Part shown: one piece after another, positions 26,593-35,867 of the stretch | How positions within the stretch are numbered: position 1 is the stretch's first letter | Layout: every line of letters begins with the position of its first letter | NCBI GenBank assembly: GCA_964580315.1 | Contig: CAZOKH010000030.1 | Coordinates: forward strand, 1-38,298 | Source of the DNA: an uncultured Anaerolineaceae bacterium | GTDB taxonomy: Bacteria > Chloroflexota > Anaerolineae > Anaerolineales > Anaerolineaceae | DNA: 38,298 nt | Direction: 5' to 3' | Program-made: the position numbers and the translations under genes | Notes under the pieces: model-generated | Seen by the model: only the letters and a program-made list of their open reading frames with translations | Databases searched by the model: none | Told to the model about the DNA's origin: nothing

Positions 26593-26695
26593 TCCTCTTA
26601 TTTTATTTCAATATGGCATAGAATAGGGTGTATCGAAAACTTACTCCACAGTTGGCAAGGATGGAATAAACGCCGCAATATTGGAAGAAATTCGT

Positions 26696-27550
26696 ATGAC
26701 TACTGAAAAAATCCAGGGATTGATTCAACTGGTGCGGCCCGAGCTGCCGTTGGCGGCGGGCATTTGCACGCTCACCGGGCAGATTTTTGCTGCGGGCGAT
26801 TTGCCTTCATTTAAGGTGGGGGTGCTGGGATTCGTGAGTGTGTTTTGCCTGTCGGGCGCGGCGCTCATCCTCAATGATCTGTTCGACCTGGAAGTGGACC
26901 GCATCAACCACCCCGGGCGGCCGCTGCCCTCCGGCAGGGTCACCCCGGCTGATGTGATCGGCCTGACGGCGGTGGTCAGTTTGGCAGGGCTGCTGGCGGC
27001 GCTGGCGCTGGGGTGGGTTGCGCTGCTGGTGGGTGTGCTGTTCTGGGGCATCGGCTTCCTGTATAACTGGCGCTACAAAGAAACCGGCTTGCCGGGCAAC
27101 CTGATGGTGTGCGCCTCGGTGGCGGGCACTTTCCTGTTTGGGGCCATCACGGTGGGCCAACCCTGGCACCCCATGGTGTGGATTTTCAGCCTGATGGCGT
27201 TTTGTTTTGACCTGGGGGAAGAGATCGCCGGCGACGCCATGGACATGGAAGGCGACAAGAAGCGCGCTTCACGAACCATTGCCCTGTTGAAAGGCCGGGC
27301 GTTTGCGCTGCGTATCACGGCGGCGCTGTGGGGGGCGTATGCGCTGCTTGGTTTTGTGCCGGTGCTGCTGGGGCTGACCAGGGTGAGTTACCTGGTGATT
27401 ATGCTGATCAACACCGCCCTGGCGGCGTTTTTCTCGGTGCGGCTGCTGCGCTCGCAAACCCCGGGTGAGGGGCGCAAAGCCATGCGCGGCGCCTACCTGG
27501 GCGCCACCCTGTGCGTGGCGGCGTTTCTGGTGAATCAATTGCTGGGCTAA
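26696..27550 (+). CDS. UbiA-family prenyltransferase (polyprenyl/geranylgeranyl transferase type)
   Basis: NDLFDLEVDRINHPGRPLPSG (first Asp-rich motif) and second motif DxxGDxxxG (EEIAGDAMDMEGDKK). 8-9 TM helices. ORF track starts at TTG 26681. ATG 26696 has a GGAAG SD. Confidence 0.8.
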   Translation: MTTEKIQGLIQLVRPELPLAAGICTLTGQIFAAGDLPSFKVGVLGFVSVFCLSGAALILNDLFDLEVDRINHPGRPLPSGRVTPADVIGLTAVVSLAGLLAALALGWVALLVGVLFWGIGFLYNWRYKETGLPGNLMVCASVAGTFLFGAITVGQPWHPMVWIFSLMAFCFDLGEEIAGDAMDMEGDKKRASRTIALLKGRAFALRITAALWGAYALLGFVPVLLGLTRVSYLVIMLINTALAAFFSVRLLRSQTPGEGRKAMRGAYLGATLCVAAFLVNQLLG

Positions 27551-27775
27551 ATTTACATCCCTTGCAAATCTTGTTTATTTCGTTCGCTACGGCGGTTTTT
27601 GTCTTTTCGACGAGCGCACAGAAATGATCTGGAAAAGCAGCAGGGCGCGCGAGGAGAAATCTTAGAGCAACACGTGCAGTTATCCCATAGAAAAAGATTT
27701 CTCGACCCTTTGAGACAGGCAAAGTCAATTGAATGACAGCAACCGGGGCTTGAAATGACGTATGTAACTGTGTTT

Positions 27776-27815
27776 TATTAAAAACTCTCCCCCATTTTCA
27801 ACCGAAAATGGGGGA
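27776..27815 (-). terminator. rho-independent terminator downstream of hcp (stem CTCCCCCATTTTC/GAAAATGGGGGAG, loop AACC, then T-tract on the minus strand)
   Basis: Perfect 13-bp stem read from sequence. TTTTTAATAA follows on the minus strand, 22 nt after the hcp stop. Confidence 0.7.
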
Positions 27816-27836
27816 GATGCAAGCGGGGGTAAAGTC

Positions 27837-29468
27837 TTACGCGCCCATAAACAGCGCAATATCTTCTTCAACGGTGCCAATGCCGGAAAGGCCGAAGTTC
27901 TCTACCAGCACTTTGCCCACATTGGGTGATAAGAATGCTGGCAGGCTGGGTCCCAGGTGGATGTTCTTGACGCCCAGGAAGAGCAGCGCCAGCAGCACAA
28001 TCACCGCTTTTTGCTCGTACCAGGCGATGTTGTAGGCAATCGGCAGCTTGTTAATATCGTCCAACCCAAATATTTCTTTGAGTTTCAGGGCAATCACTGC
28101 CAGCGAGTACGAGTCGTTGCACTGCCCGGCGTCCAGCACGCGCGGCACACCGTCAATGTCGCCCAGCTTCAACTTGTTGTAACGGTACTTGGCGCAGCCG
28201 GCGGTCAGGATCACTGTGTCTTTGGGCAGGCTCTGGGCAAAATCGGTGTAGTATTGGCGCGACTTCATGCGCCCGTCGCAGCCGGCCATGACGAAGAATT
28301 TTTTAATGGCGCCGGACTTAACCGCATCAACAATCTTGTCGGCCAGGGCAAACACCTGTTCGTGGGCAAAACCGCCCACAATGCTTCCGCTTTCAATTTC
28401 AGTCGGGGGCGGCAGGGTTTTGGCCATTTGAATGATCTGTGAAAAGTCTTTCTTACCGTGTTCGTCGGCTTCAATATGCACGCAGCCGGGGTAGCCCGAC
28501 GAGCCGGTGGTGAAGATGCGCGCCCGGATTTCTTCCTTGCGGGGCGGGACAATGCAGTTGGTGGTGAACAGGATGGGTCCGTGGAAGGTTTCAAATTCTT
28601 CCAATTGCTTCCACCAGGCGTTGCCATAGTTGCCCACAAAGTTGTCATATTTTTTGAAAGCCGGGTAATAATGCGCGGGCAGCATTTCGCTGTGGGTATA
28701 CACATCTACACCCGTGCCTTTGGTTTGCTCCAGCAATTGCTCGAGGTCGGGCAGGTCGTGGCCGGAGATGAGGATGGCCGGGTTGTTGCGTACGCCGATG
28801 TTGACCGTGGTGATTTGCGGGTTGCCGAACTTTGAGGTGTTGGCTTCGTCGAGCAGCGCCATGGCGGTCACGCCAAATTCGCCGGTTTTCAGGGTCAAAG
28901 CCACCAGTTCATCAATCGTGAGCTGGTCGTTCAGGGTGGCTGCCAGTGCTTCGTAGAAGAAGGCATTCAGTTCTTCTTTTTCTTTGCCGATGATCAGGGC
29001 GTGATGTGCATAGGCTGCCATGCCTTTCAAGCCGTAGATGATCAATTCGCGCAGTGAGCGCACATCTTCATTTTTTGTGGCTAACACGCCAACCGAGGCG
29101 GCTTTTTCGAGCATGGCTGCCCTGGATTGCACCTCAAAGGTGGCTGCGTCGTGCAAAAATTGGCCGGTACCCTTTGCCCGCAGGGTGTTGCGCAAAGCCA
29201 GCATTTTGTTGATTTGTTTTTCAAAAGCGTCGTCGTCGAAGTTGGCATTGGTGATGGTCATGAACAGGCTGTTAAGCGTTTCATGGTTGACCGATCCCAG
29301 TTCACTTACTTTTAAATTTCCTTTGATAACGATTTCAGAGATGCCCTTCAGGGTGTAAATCAGCAAATCTTGCAGCTTGGCCACTTCTTCGTTTTTGCCG
29401 CACACCCCTCGAATATCGCAGCCGATTCCTTTGGCGGCTTCCTGGCACTGGTAACAAAACATACTCAT
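27837..29468 (-). CDS. hcp: hybrid-cluster protein / hydroxylamine reductase
   Basis: N-terminal MFCYQCQE...GxCGK Cys cluster and overall 543-aa length are characteristic. AGGAGG SD 8 nt before the ATG at 29468. Confidence 0.92.
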   Translation of the reverse strand: MSMFCYQCQEAAKGIGCDIRGVCGKNEEVAKLQDLLIYTLKGISEIVIKGNLKVSELGSVNHETLNSLFMTITNANFDDDAFEKQINKMLALRNTLRAKGTGQFLHDAATFEVQSRAAMLEKAASVGVLATKNEDVRSLRELIIYGLKGMAAYAHHALIIGKEKEELNAFFYEALAATLNDQLTIDELVALTLKTGEFGVTAMALLDEANTSKFGNPQITTVNIGVRNNPAILISGHDLPDLEQLLEQTKGTGVDVYTHSEMLPAHYYPAFKKYDNFVGNYGNAWWKQLEEFETFHGPILFTTNCIVPPRKEEIRARIFTTGSSGYPGCVHIEADEHGKKDFSQIIQMAKTLPPPTEIESGSIVGGFAHEQVFALADKIVDAVKSGAIKKFFVMAGCDGRMKSRQYYTDFAQSLPKDTVILTAGCAKYRYNKLKLGDIDGVPRVLDAGQCNDSYSLAVIALKLKEIFGLDDINKLPIAYNIAWYEQKAVIVLLALLFLGVKNIHLGPSLPAFLSPNVGKVLVENFGLSGIGTVEEDIALFMGA

Positions 29469-29564
29469 GGATTTTTCCTCCTGATTAATTCAAAAATGGA
29501 TAAGTTTTCATTTGGCTGCAATGGAAAAAGCAGGGAATGTTTTTGATGCCGATACCTTACATTC

Positions 29565-29625
29565 ATTATAGCAATTTTCCACTACCAACCAAGAAACAAC
29601 GGATGACTGCTTTGAAACAAATCAA
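29565..29625 (-). promoter_or_regulatory. candidate hcp promoter: -10 TATAAT (29570..29565, minus strand) with upstream CRP/FNR-type palindrome TTGAT-TTGT-TTCAA (29612..29625)
   Basis: Box matches TTGAT-N4-ATCAA at 9/10 positions. Its centre lies about 48 nt upstream of the -10 hexamer, near -60 if the TSS is 7 nt after the hexamer. A weaker half-site pair GGTAT-CGGC-ATCAA sits just downstream of the -10. Confidence 0.4.
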
Positions 29626-29643
29626 TGTGCGCTGCTGGGTCGA

Positions 29644-31548
29644 TCAGGCTTTCAACAGGCGCATGCCGTTGATGATCACCAGCAGCACCGAGGCCTGGTG
29701 AATCAACATGCCGCCCGACATGTGCACTTCGCCCATCCACACGCCTGCCAGCAGCGCAGCCACCGTCACCAGCGCCGCCGCCACGTTCTGGCGAATGTTG
29801 CGCAGCACTGCCCGAGAGAGCGCAATGGCCTGCGGAATTTTCATCAGGTCATCCGCCATCAGGGCGATGTCGGCGGTCTCGATGGCGATGCCGGTTCCGG
29901 CGGCGCCCATGGCAATGCCAATGTCGGCGGCAGCCAGCGCGGGGGCGTCGTTGATGCCGTCGCCGGTCATGGCCACCACCTCGCCGGTTTGCCGGAAGCG
30001 GCGGACGATGTCCAGCTTGCCCTCCGGCAGCAATCCGGCATGCACTTCGCCGATTCCGGCCTGGGCGGCAATGTCCTCAGCGGTGCGGTGGTCATCGCCG
30101 GTGAGCATGACCACACGGCGCACACCGCTTTTGCGCAGTTCGCGCACCATGTTGGCGGCGTCGGCGCGGATTGTGTCGGCAATGCCGAGTATGCCCACGG
30201 CTGCCCGGTCAACTGCCACCACCACGGCGGTCTTGCCGGAGGCTTTCAGTTCGTCCAATTGCTGCTGTGCCCCCGGCGGCAGGTTCACGCCCAGGTCGGT
30301 CATCAGGTTGGGGGTGCCCACGGCAATGCGCTGTTTTTGATAAACAGCCGTGACGCCCTTCCCGGCGGTCATCTGAAAACTGTCCGGTTCGGGCAGGGTT
30401 TCCAACCGACCGGCTTCGGCCAGGATGGGACGCGCCAGGGGGTGCTCGGAATGCACCTCGGCAATGCCCGCCAGTTTCAGCACCCGCCGCTGGGCTTCAT
30501 TCCAACCGTCACCCGGCAGCCCGACATTATTCGGTGCAGGCTCTCCCAGCACCAGGATGTCGGTCAGGCGCGGTTTACCGCGGGTGAGCGTGCCGGTTTT
30601 GTCCAACGCCACCACGCTGATCTTGCCGGCGTTTTCCAGGTATTCGCCGCCTTTGATCAGGATGCCCTTTTGGGCGGCGCGACCGATGCCCGCTACAATC
30701 GACACCGGGGTCGAAATGACCAACGCGCCGGGGCAGCCAATCACCAGCAGGGTGAGGGCCAGCTCCAGGTTGCGGGTGATCCCGAAGGCAGCCAGGCTCA
30801 TGAGGATGATGGCGGGGGTGTACCAGCGCGCGAAACGCTCGATGAAGCGCTGGGTGGGCGCTTTTTCTTCCTGGGCTTCTTCCACGCGGCGGATGATGCG
30901 CGCCAGGGTGGTGTCGGCGCCCACGCCGGTGGCCTGCACTTTGAGCACACCGTCCTGGTTGACCGTGCCGGCAAATACCGCGTCGCCCGCAGATTTTTCA
31001 GCGGGCATGGGCTCGCCGGTGATGGCGCTCTCGTCCACTGCCGAGAAACCTTCCAGCACCAGGCCGTCCACTGCCACCCGGGCGCCCGGCTTAATCAGCA
31101 CGGTTTCATCTACCTCAACTTCATGCGGGGCGACTTGCACCTGCTGACCGCTGCGCAGCACCAGGGCGGTCACTGGCGCCAAATCGAGCAATTGTCCCAG
31201 CACCTGGCGGGTGCGGCTGAGGGTGCGCGCCTCCAGGTAGGCGCCGAAGATAAACAGAAAGGTCACCGCGGCGGCTTCCCAGTATTCTCCAATGAACAAC
31301 GCACCGACGAAGGCGATGCTGACCAACAGCTCGATGCTGAAGGCGCGGTTGCGCAGGTTGAGCAGGGCGCGCCAGGCAATGTCTGACCCGGCAGCCAGGG
31401 CGGCTGCCAGCAGCAGCCCGTCTGCCGGCTGCGGCAGGCCAAAGGCATAGCGGGCTGCCAGGCTGAGCAGAATCAAGCCGCCGCTGAACACGGTCAGCGC
31501 CTGACGGCGCCTGCGGGGGTCTTTGAACCAGATCTTCAATGCGTTCAT
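29644..31548 (-). CDS. P1B-type heavy-metal-translocating ATPase (no fused N-terminal HMA domain)
   Basis: DKTGTLT phosphorylation site. GDGINDAPAL. TM6 CPG motif (GCPGALVIS). C-terminal VIINGMRLL as in Zn/Cd/Pb-type pumps. Confidence 0.92.
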   Translation of the reverse strand: MNALKIWFKDPRRRRQALTVFSGGLILLSLAARYAFGLPQPADGLLLAAALAAGSDIAWRALLNLRNRAFSIELLVSIAFVGALFIGEYWEAAAVTFLFIFGAYLEARTLSRTRQVLGQLLDLAPVTALVLRSGQQVQVAPHEVEVDETVLIKPGARVAVDGLVLEGFSAVDESAITGEPMPAEKSAGDAVFAGTVNQDGVLKVQATGVGADTTLARIIRRVEEAQEEKAPTQRFIERFARWYTPAIILMSLAAFGITRNLELALTLLVIGCPGALVISTPVSIVAGIGRAAQKGILIKGGEYLENAGKISVVALDKTGTLTRGKPRLTDILVLGEPAPNNVGLPGDGWNEAQRRVLKLAGIAEVHSEHPLARPILAEAGRLETLPEPDSFQMTAGKGVTAVYQKQRIAVGTPNLMTDLGVNLPPGAQQQLDELKASGKTAVVVAVDRAAVGILGIADTIRADAANMVRELRKSGVRRVVMLTGDDHRTAEDIAAQAGIGEVHAGLLPEGKLDIVRRFRQTGEVVAMTGDGINDAPALAAADIGIAMGAAGTGIAIETADIALMADDLMKIPQAIALSRAVLRNIRQNVAAALVTVAALLAGVWMGEVHMSGGMLIHQASVLLVIINGMRLLKA

Positions 31549-31574
31549 CAGAGAGAATCTTTTAAATGGATTGG

Positions 31575-31790
31575 TTAGAACGCTGATACTTGCGCTTCGT
31601 AGCCGATGGCGTGGATGGTTTTGGCCAGGTCTTCGGCTTTCACGCTCTCGGCGTCGTGTTCCACTTCAATGCGGCCGGTGTTGAAGAACACTTTTGCGCT
31701 TGTAACGCCCGGGATGGCGGTGAGGGCTTTTTCAATTTTCTCAATGCAAGATGGGCAGCTCAATTCATTACTGCGTAATACGGTTTTCAT
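31575..31790 (-). CDS. HMA-domain metallochaperone-like protein (71 aa, CPSC metal-binding motif)
   Basis: ferredoxin-like HMA fold signature LSCPSCIEKIEKAL...GV. AAAGGAG SD. 27 nt upstream of the ATPase gene. Confidence 0.7.
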   Translation of the reverse strand: MKTVLRSNELSCPSCIEKIEKALTAIPGVTSAKVFFNTGRIEVEHDAESVKAEDLAKTIHAIGYEAQVSAF

Positions 31791-31972
31791 ATCCAGGCTC
31801 CTTTTGTGATCCTTTGTTGCTGCTACTATAAAGGGAGACTGGATTACCTTCCATGATGTAGATCAATTAACTGCGGGGTATTTTTGGGGAAACAACGAAA
31901 AGCACGAAACACTCGAATATAATTATTGCTGTAAGAAAATTTCTACTGGCGGCTTTTTAGACAGCTCCTTCA

Positions 31973-32908
31973 TTGTTTTCTATCCAGTTAAGAGGATTTA
32001 CGGTGACGATTTCTAATGTTTCTTCGGGTGGCATGGGACGGCCTTATCTGGCTGAAGGGGTGAAGGATTTGCCTGCGCCGCTTATGTCTGTGATTCAAAA
32101 CGATGCCCGCTTTCAAGAACCCTGCGATTCGATATTTGTCATTCCTCCCCAGGCTTTCTACCGCGGGTTGTTTGGCTTTAATTCTGTTCCCTGGCAGGCT
32201 CTATTCTTTAAAGCAGACGGCGTTTTCCATATTCGTGCTTCCAGAGATCACAAAGACAGGCAAGTTTGCATTGATTGGATACCGGCTGACCGGATTGTTC
32301 AAACCAGACTTGCTTTGATTTTGCTCTACAGCAAGCTGGAATTCTGGTATGACCGGCAGGGGAAAATTGCGCATAACGTGATTGAATTCAATTCGGTGGC
32401 TTATAACAAGCTCGAGCCTCTGCTTAAGAAAACAATTCGCAACACGTGGCAATCTCCGCCTGAAAAGCCTGAAACAGTCTGGTCGGAATATGTTGATTTG
32501 GAACAATTAAATATCAAATTTTATAATGGGCTGAAACTTTATGGCTTGCAGGCAGACGAGAAAGTGCTGGGGTTTGTATTTCAGCCCGAAATAATGGAAA
32601 GTCATTTGAAATTTATCAAACGGAAAAAAGCCCCCAATTCGCTCGTCGTTATAACAGACAGGCAAATCATACAGATAGAAGAGGAGATCAGTTCGCGATC
32701 TCGTTATGGTTGGATATTTACGTTTTGCCCGCGGCATCGAATTGCAGGAATCGAAACCGCAGCGGTTGATCAATGGTACAGGGTAAGCATCCATTCCATA
32801 TCAGCCGCATCCGAGGATAATTTGGAATTTGTGCTTGAACCCGACAAAATGGCACGATTCCAAGAAATGTGGCAAATGTTTGTGAATGAGGATTTTAAGG
32901 GGAAATAA
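31973..32908 (+). CDS. hypothetical soluble protein (311 aa), no recognisable family
   Basis: ORF track. AT-rich relative to flanks. Start uncertain (31973, 32033 or other). Confidence 0.5.
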   Translation: MFSIQLRGFTVTISNVSSGGMGRPYLAEGVKDLPAPLMSVIQNDARFQEPCDSIFVIPPQAFYRGLFGFNSVPWQALFFKADGVFHIRASRDHKDRQVCIDWIPADRIVQTRLALILLYSKLEFWYDRQGKIAHNVIEFNSVAYNKLEPLLKKTIRNTWQSPPEKPETVWSEYVDLEQLNIKFYNGLKLYGLQADEKVLGFVFQPEIMESHLKFIKRKKAPNSLVVITDRQIIQIEEEISSRSRYGWIFTFCPRHRIAGIETAAVDQWYRVSIHSISAASEDNLEFVLEPDKMARFQEMWQMFVNEDFKGK

Positions 32909-32942
32909 ATAGTTTCGCGCAAGTGCTGTGGGCCGCTTGTCT

Positions 32943-33692
32943 TTATTCTTCAGCGGCCAAACCTTCCAGCGCTTTCAGATCGGCGACGCCCACCCACTGC
33001 CGTCCACTTTCAAGGATTCCCTGGTTTTGCAACTGGCTCATCACCCGGCTGACGGCTTCAGATGTGGCGCCGGTCATTTCGGCCAACTCGTCGCGCGAAA
33101 GCGGTGTGTTGATCACCAGCATGTCTTCCACCGGGCGGCCGATTTTGCGCACCAGTTGCAGCAGAGTGACGGCAATGCGCCTTTCAAGCGGCATGGAGCT
33201 CAACTGCAGCACGCGCCGGTTGGCAGCTTCCAGGCGTTGGGCCATAATTTGCAGCGACTTGAAGGCCAGTTCGGGGTGGTCGTTGAGGATTTGACGGAAG
33301 GAGTCGGAGCGCACACTGAGAATGCAGGAATGGATTTGCGTTCGGGCGGTGTCGGAGTAGGCTGACGCGCCCAGCGCCGCCAGGTTGCCAAAGAATTCGC
33401 CGGAGGTCAAAATGTCCAGCAGCACATTGCGCCCGTTCACACCGTGCTGCATCAATTTCACTTTGCCGTCGGCCACCACAAACAAGCGCTCGGCGGGGTC
33501 GCCTTCCTGGTAAACGGTTTCTCCGGCTTCATAACCCACATCGACAAAGTGCCGGTTGACCGCTTCCATCTCTTCACGCGATAGCCCGGCAAAAAAGGGC
33601 AGGTGCGACAGGATGTTCAAGCGCAAATGGATCGAGCAGTTGTGCGGCTCGGTGGTGATGAGATTGACCGGCGATTTGCGGCGGGATTTCAA
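32943..33692 (-). CDS. CRP/FNR-family transcriptional regulator (cNMP-binding domain + C-terminal HTH). Candidate HcpR-type regulator
   Basis: cNMP-binding beta-roll (GETVYQEGDPAERLFVVADGKVKL) and HTH RDELAEMTGATSEAVSRVMSQL. ORF track starts at 33758. Preferred start is TTG 33692 with GAGGAG SD 6 nt upstream. Alternative is ATG 33737. Confidence 0.75.
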   Translation of the reverse strand: MKSRRKSPVNLITTEPHNCSIHLRLNILSHLPFFAGLSREEMEAVNRHFVDVGYEAGETVYQEGDPAERLFVVADGKVKLMQHGVNGRNVLLDILTSGEFFGNLAALGASAYSDTARTQIHSCILSVRSDSFRQILNDHPELAFKSLQIMAQRLEAANRRVLQLSSMPLERRIAVTLLQLVRKIGRPVEDMLVINTPLSRDELAEMTGATSEAVSRVMSQLQNQGILESGRQWVGVADLKALEGLAAEE

Positions 33693-33743
33693 ATTGTGCT
33701 CCTCATGGGGTAATTGTAACAAGAAAGCAGGGCGCATGACCGG

Positions 33744-33780
33744 AAAGACAAAGAACACTCCCTGAAAGGAGAGTGCTCTT
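33744..33780 (-). terminator. possible terminator/attenuator after the vWA gene (imperfect about 10-bp stem AGAGCACTCTCC/GGGAGTGTTCT, then TTTGTCTTT on the minus strand)
   Basis: Read from sequence. Imperfect stem. It lies inside the ORF-track N-terminal extension of the CRP-family gene. Confidence 0.3.
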
Positions 33781-33827
33781 TTGTGCCAGGCGTCCTGGCT
33801 GCCCCCGTGTTGATGGTTTGTTCAGGA

Positions 33828-35066
33828 TTAATCTGGTCGATGGCGCTTGCGGTTGTAGGAGTTGTAATGCGACTGCTTGCGGTCGGCTTCGTCCATGCCG
33901 CGCCGCATGCGCTCTGACATGCGCAGATATTCATCGGCTTCCTGTGGGCTGAGGTGCGACAGGTTGTTGGAAACGGACTGGTTGAGCATGGCATGGGCTA
34001 CCTGACGGTCACCGCGGCGCTCATGTTTCAGGGCTTCGGTGACGGTGTCAGCCATATCCACCAGCGCAAAACGATTGAGCAAGTCCTGGTTGCGCGGAGC
34101 AGACTCAACATCTTCCTGGCGGGCGTAGGTTAACACGGCTGAATCCTGGGCTTCCAGTAGTTGATCGCTTTCGTCTTTGCCGTAGATGCGGGCGTTGAAC
34201 CTGAGTTCACTGGAGCCATTGACCGGCGGTGTTGAAAATTTGATAAAAACTTGCTGTGATTGCCCCGAGTAAAGGTTGCCCAGGGAGAGATGCAGCCTGC
34301 CTTCAGAGAATTCGGCAATCCAGCCGCCCAGCACTTTCAGGCGCAGATGGGCGGGAAAATCAAGGTTGATTTCAACATTGCGCGCCGTGACCGCCGCCAA
34401 TTCGTCAAACTCGCGGTGGAAAATGTCAGGGATGTCGGCGGGCGTTTCGATGTAGTAGAAATTGCCATTGCCCTGGTTCGACATGGCTTCCAGCAGGTGT
34501 TCGTTAAACCCCCTGCCCACCCCAAAGGTCGAAGTGGATACACCGCGCCGCGAGATTTCACGGGCATGCCGGGCCAGTTCTTCCAGATCAATCATGCCCA
34601 CGTTGGCCAACCCATCGGTAAGCAGCAGGGTGCGGTTGAGAGATGTGTCTTGCGCCACAGATGCTGCTTCCTGGCAGCCGATTAACCATCCGCCGCCCAG
34701 GTTGGTGCTGCCGCCGGGTCTAAGCTGCATGACACGGCGTTTGAGTTCGATGCGGTTGCTGTCGGTTACAGGGGTGATGGGTGACAATAAATTGACTTCG
34801 TCATCATACGCCACCAGCGCCACCCGGTCCTGTTCCTGCAGCAAATCCAACACGTGGCAGGCAGCCTGCTTCACATATTCCAGCTTCTCGCCAGCCATCG
34901 AGCCGCTGCGGTCGAGCACCAGCGCCAGGTTGAGGCTGGGACGCTGTTCCAGCCTGGCGGCGGTTGGTGCTTTCAGGCTGATTTCCAATATGCGCTGGGT
35001 TGGAATTTCACGCGCAATAAATGCCTGGTCGGTTTTCAAATGAAATGATAATGGTTGATCTGTCAT
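33828..35066 (-). CDS. cytoplasmic von Willebrand factor A (vWA) domain protein with about 180-aa uncharacterised C-terminal region
   Basis: MIDAS motif LVLDRSGSM plus downstream T and D (LLTDGLAN). No signal peptide. GGAGG SD embedded in the last codons of the upstream MerR gene, suggesting translational coupling. Confidence 0.8.
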   Translation of the reverse strand: MTDQPLSFHLKTDQAFIAREIPTQRILEISLKAPTAARLEQRPSLNLALVLDRSGSMAGEKLEYVKQAACHVLDLLQEQDRVALVAYDDEVNLLSPITPVTDSNRIELKRRVMQLRPGGSTNLGGGWLIGCQEAASVAQDTSLNRTLLLTDGLANVGMIDLEELARHAREISRRGVSTSTFGVGRGFNEHLLEAMSNQGNGNFYYIETPADIPDIFHREFDELAAVTARNVEINLDFPAHLRLKVLGGWIAEFSEGRLHLSLGNLYSGQSQQVFIKFSTPPVNGSSELRFNARIYGKDESDQLLEAQDSAVLTYARQEDVESAPRNQDLLNRFALVDMADTVTEALKHERRGDRQVAHAMLNQSVSNNLSHLSPQEADEYLRMSERMRRGMDEADRKQSHYNSYNRKRHRPD

Positions 35067-35077
35067 GTTGCCCCTCC

Positions 35078-35692
35078 TTAATCGGTCTGGCGAAATAATT
35101 TGCTGGCAAAGGCAATCAGCTGCTGGATGCGGCTGCTGGTATCTGAATCGACCGGCAGCAACAAGTTCAACTCGATGCCCGGCGCCAGCGGGATGCGCTG
35201 CCAGGTTTCTCCTTCGACAAGCGAGTAATTGGCATTAGAAACTTGCAAGTTGGATGGAGCGGGCGTGTTGCGCCTTACCGGCTGCGAAAACTGCGGTGGG
35301 CTGGAAACACTGGATGAGCGCAGCACATTTTGCTCATTCATCAACCTGGAGATATATTCCAACGCATTGGACGGCTTGTTGGATTTGGCCTGATTGCGAT
35401 TCACGCTTGATTCGCTTTTTTGATTGGAAGGGATTTGCTCCATCAAACGCTGTGCCACTTCTTCGTCGGAAAGCGAAATGATAATTTGCCGGATTTCTCG
35501 CAGGGGCAGATAGGCGTCTTTCATGCGGCGGATGAGCTCCAGGCGGTTGAGATGCTGCTGTGAGTAGTATGCATATTTTCCCTGAAATTCAGGCTGCGGA
35601 AGCAAGCCTTCGTTGGTGTAGTAGCGTATGGTGCGCACGGTGGTCCCGGCGCGCTGTGCAAGCTCATTGATTAAGAATTTTTCTCTTTGCAT
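35078..35692 (-). CDS. MerR-family transcriptional regulator with Pro/Ser/Asn-rich linker and uncharacterised C-terminal domain
   Basis: N-terminal MerR HTH (FLINELAQRAGTTVRTIRYYTNEGLL) followed by a coiled-coil dimerisation segment. 204 aa. Confidence 0.85.
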   Translation of the reverse strand: MQREKFLINELAQRAGTTVRTIRYYTNEGLLPQPEFQGKYAYYSQQHLNRLELIRRMKDAYLPLREIRQIIISLSDEEVAQRLMEQIPSNQKSESSVNRNQAKSNKPSNALEYISRLMNEQNVLRSSSVSSPPQFSQPVRRNTPAPSNLQVSNANYSLVEGETWQRIPLAPGIELNLLLPVDSDTSSRIQQLIAFASKLFRQTD

Positions 35693-35722
35693 GTTTCTAC
35701 CTGTCGTTTACCTGTGTATATG

Positions 35723-35751
35723 ATAATAACAGTATTACGTAATAATGTCAA
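35723..35751 (-). promoter_or_regulatory. putative promoter of the merR-vWA operon: TTGACA-17-TATTAT with perfect 12-bp palindrome TATTACGTAATA (35733..35744) in the spacer
   Basis: Read directly. Operator-in-spacer architecture typical of MerR-family autoregulation. The spacer is 17 nt, or 19 nt if TTATCA is taken as the -10. Confidence 0.5.
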
Positions 35752-35867
35752 TATATAAATGGATCCAATTTGCTTGACATTGTAGAGAATCTTGGTTCTG
35801 CTCCCCTTTCCGCGAGTATACTTAATGGTTGGAAGATTCATCAATATGGACTTCCAGGGAGAATAGA

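Noticed and set aside
29698-31386. 562-aa plus-strand ORF (and 29708..30340, 30425..31147)
   Set aside because: Antisense to the P1B ATPase gene, whose DKTGTLT and GDGINDAPAL motifs fix the true frame. Low-complexity His/Gly/Arg/Ala-rich translations.
33693-33758. Longer N-terminal extension of the CRP/FNR-family gene (starts at 33758 or 33737)
   Set aside because: No SD at 33758. The extension overlaps a candidate terminator hairpin. TTG 33692 has a GAGGAG SD at ideal spacing. The start remains uncertain, and ATG 33737 is not excluded.
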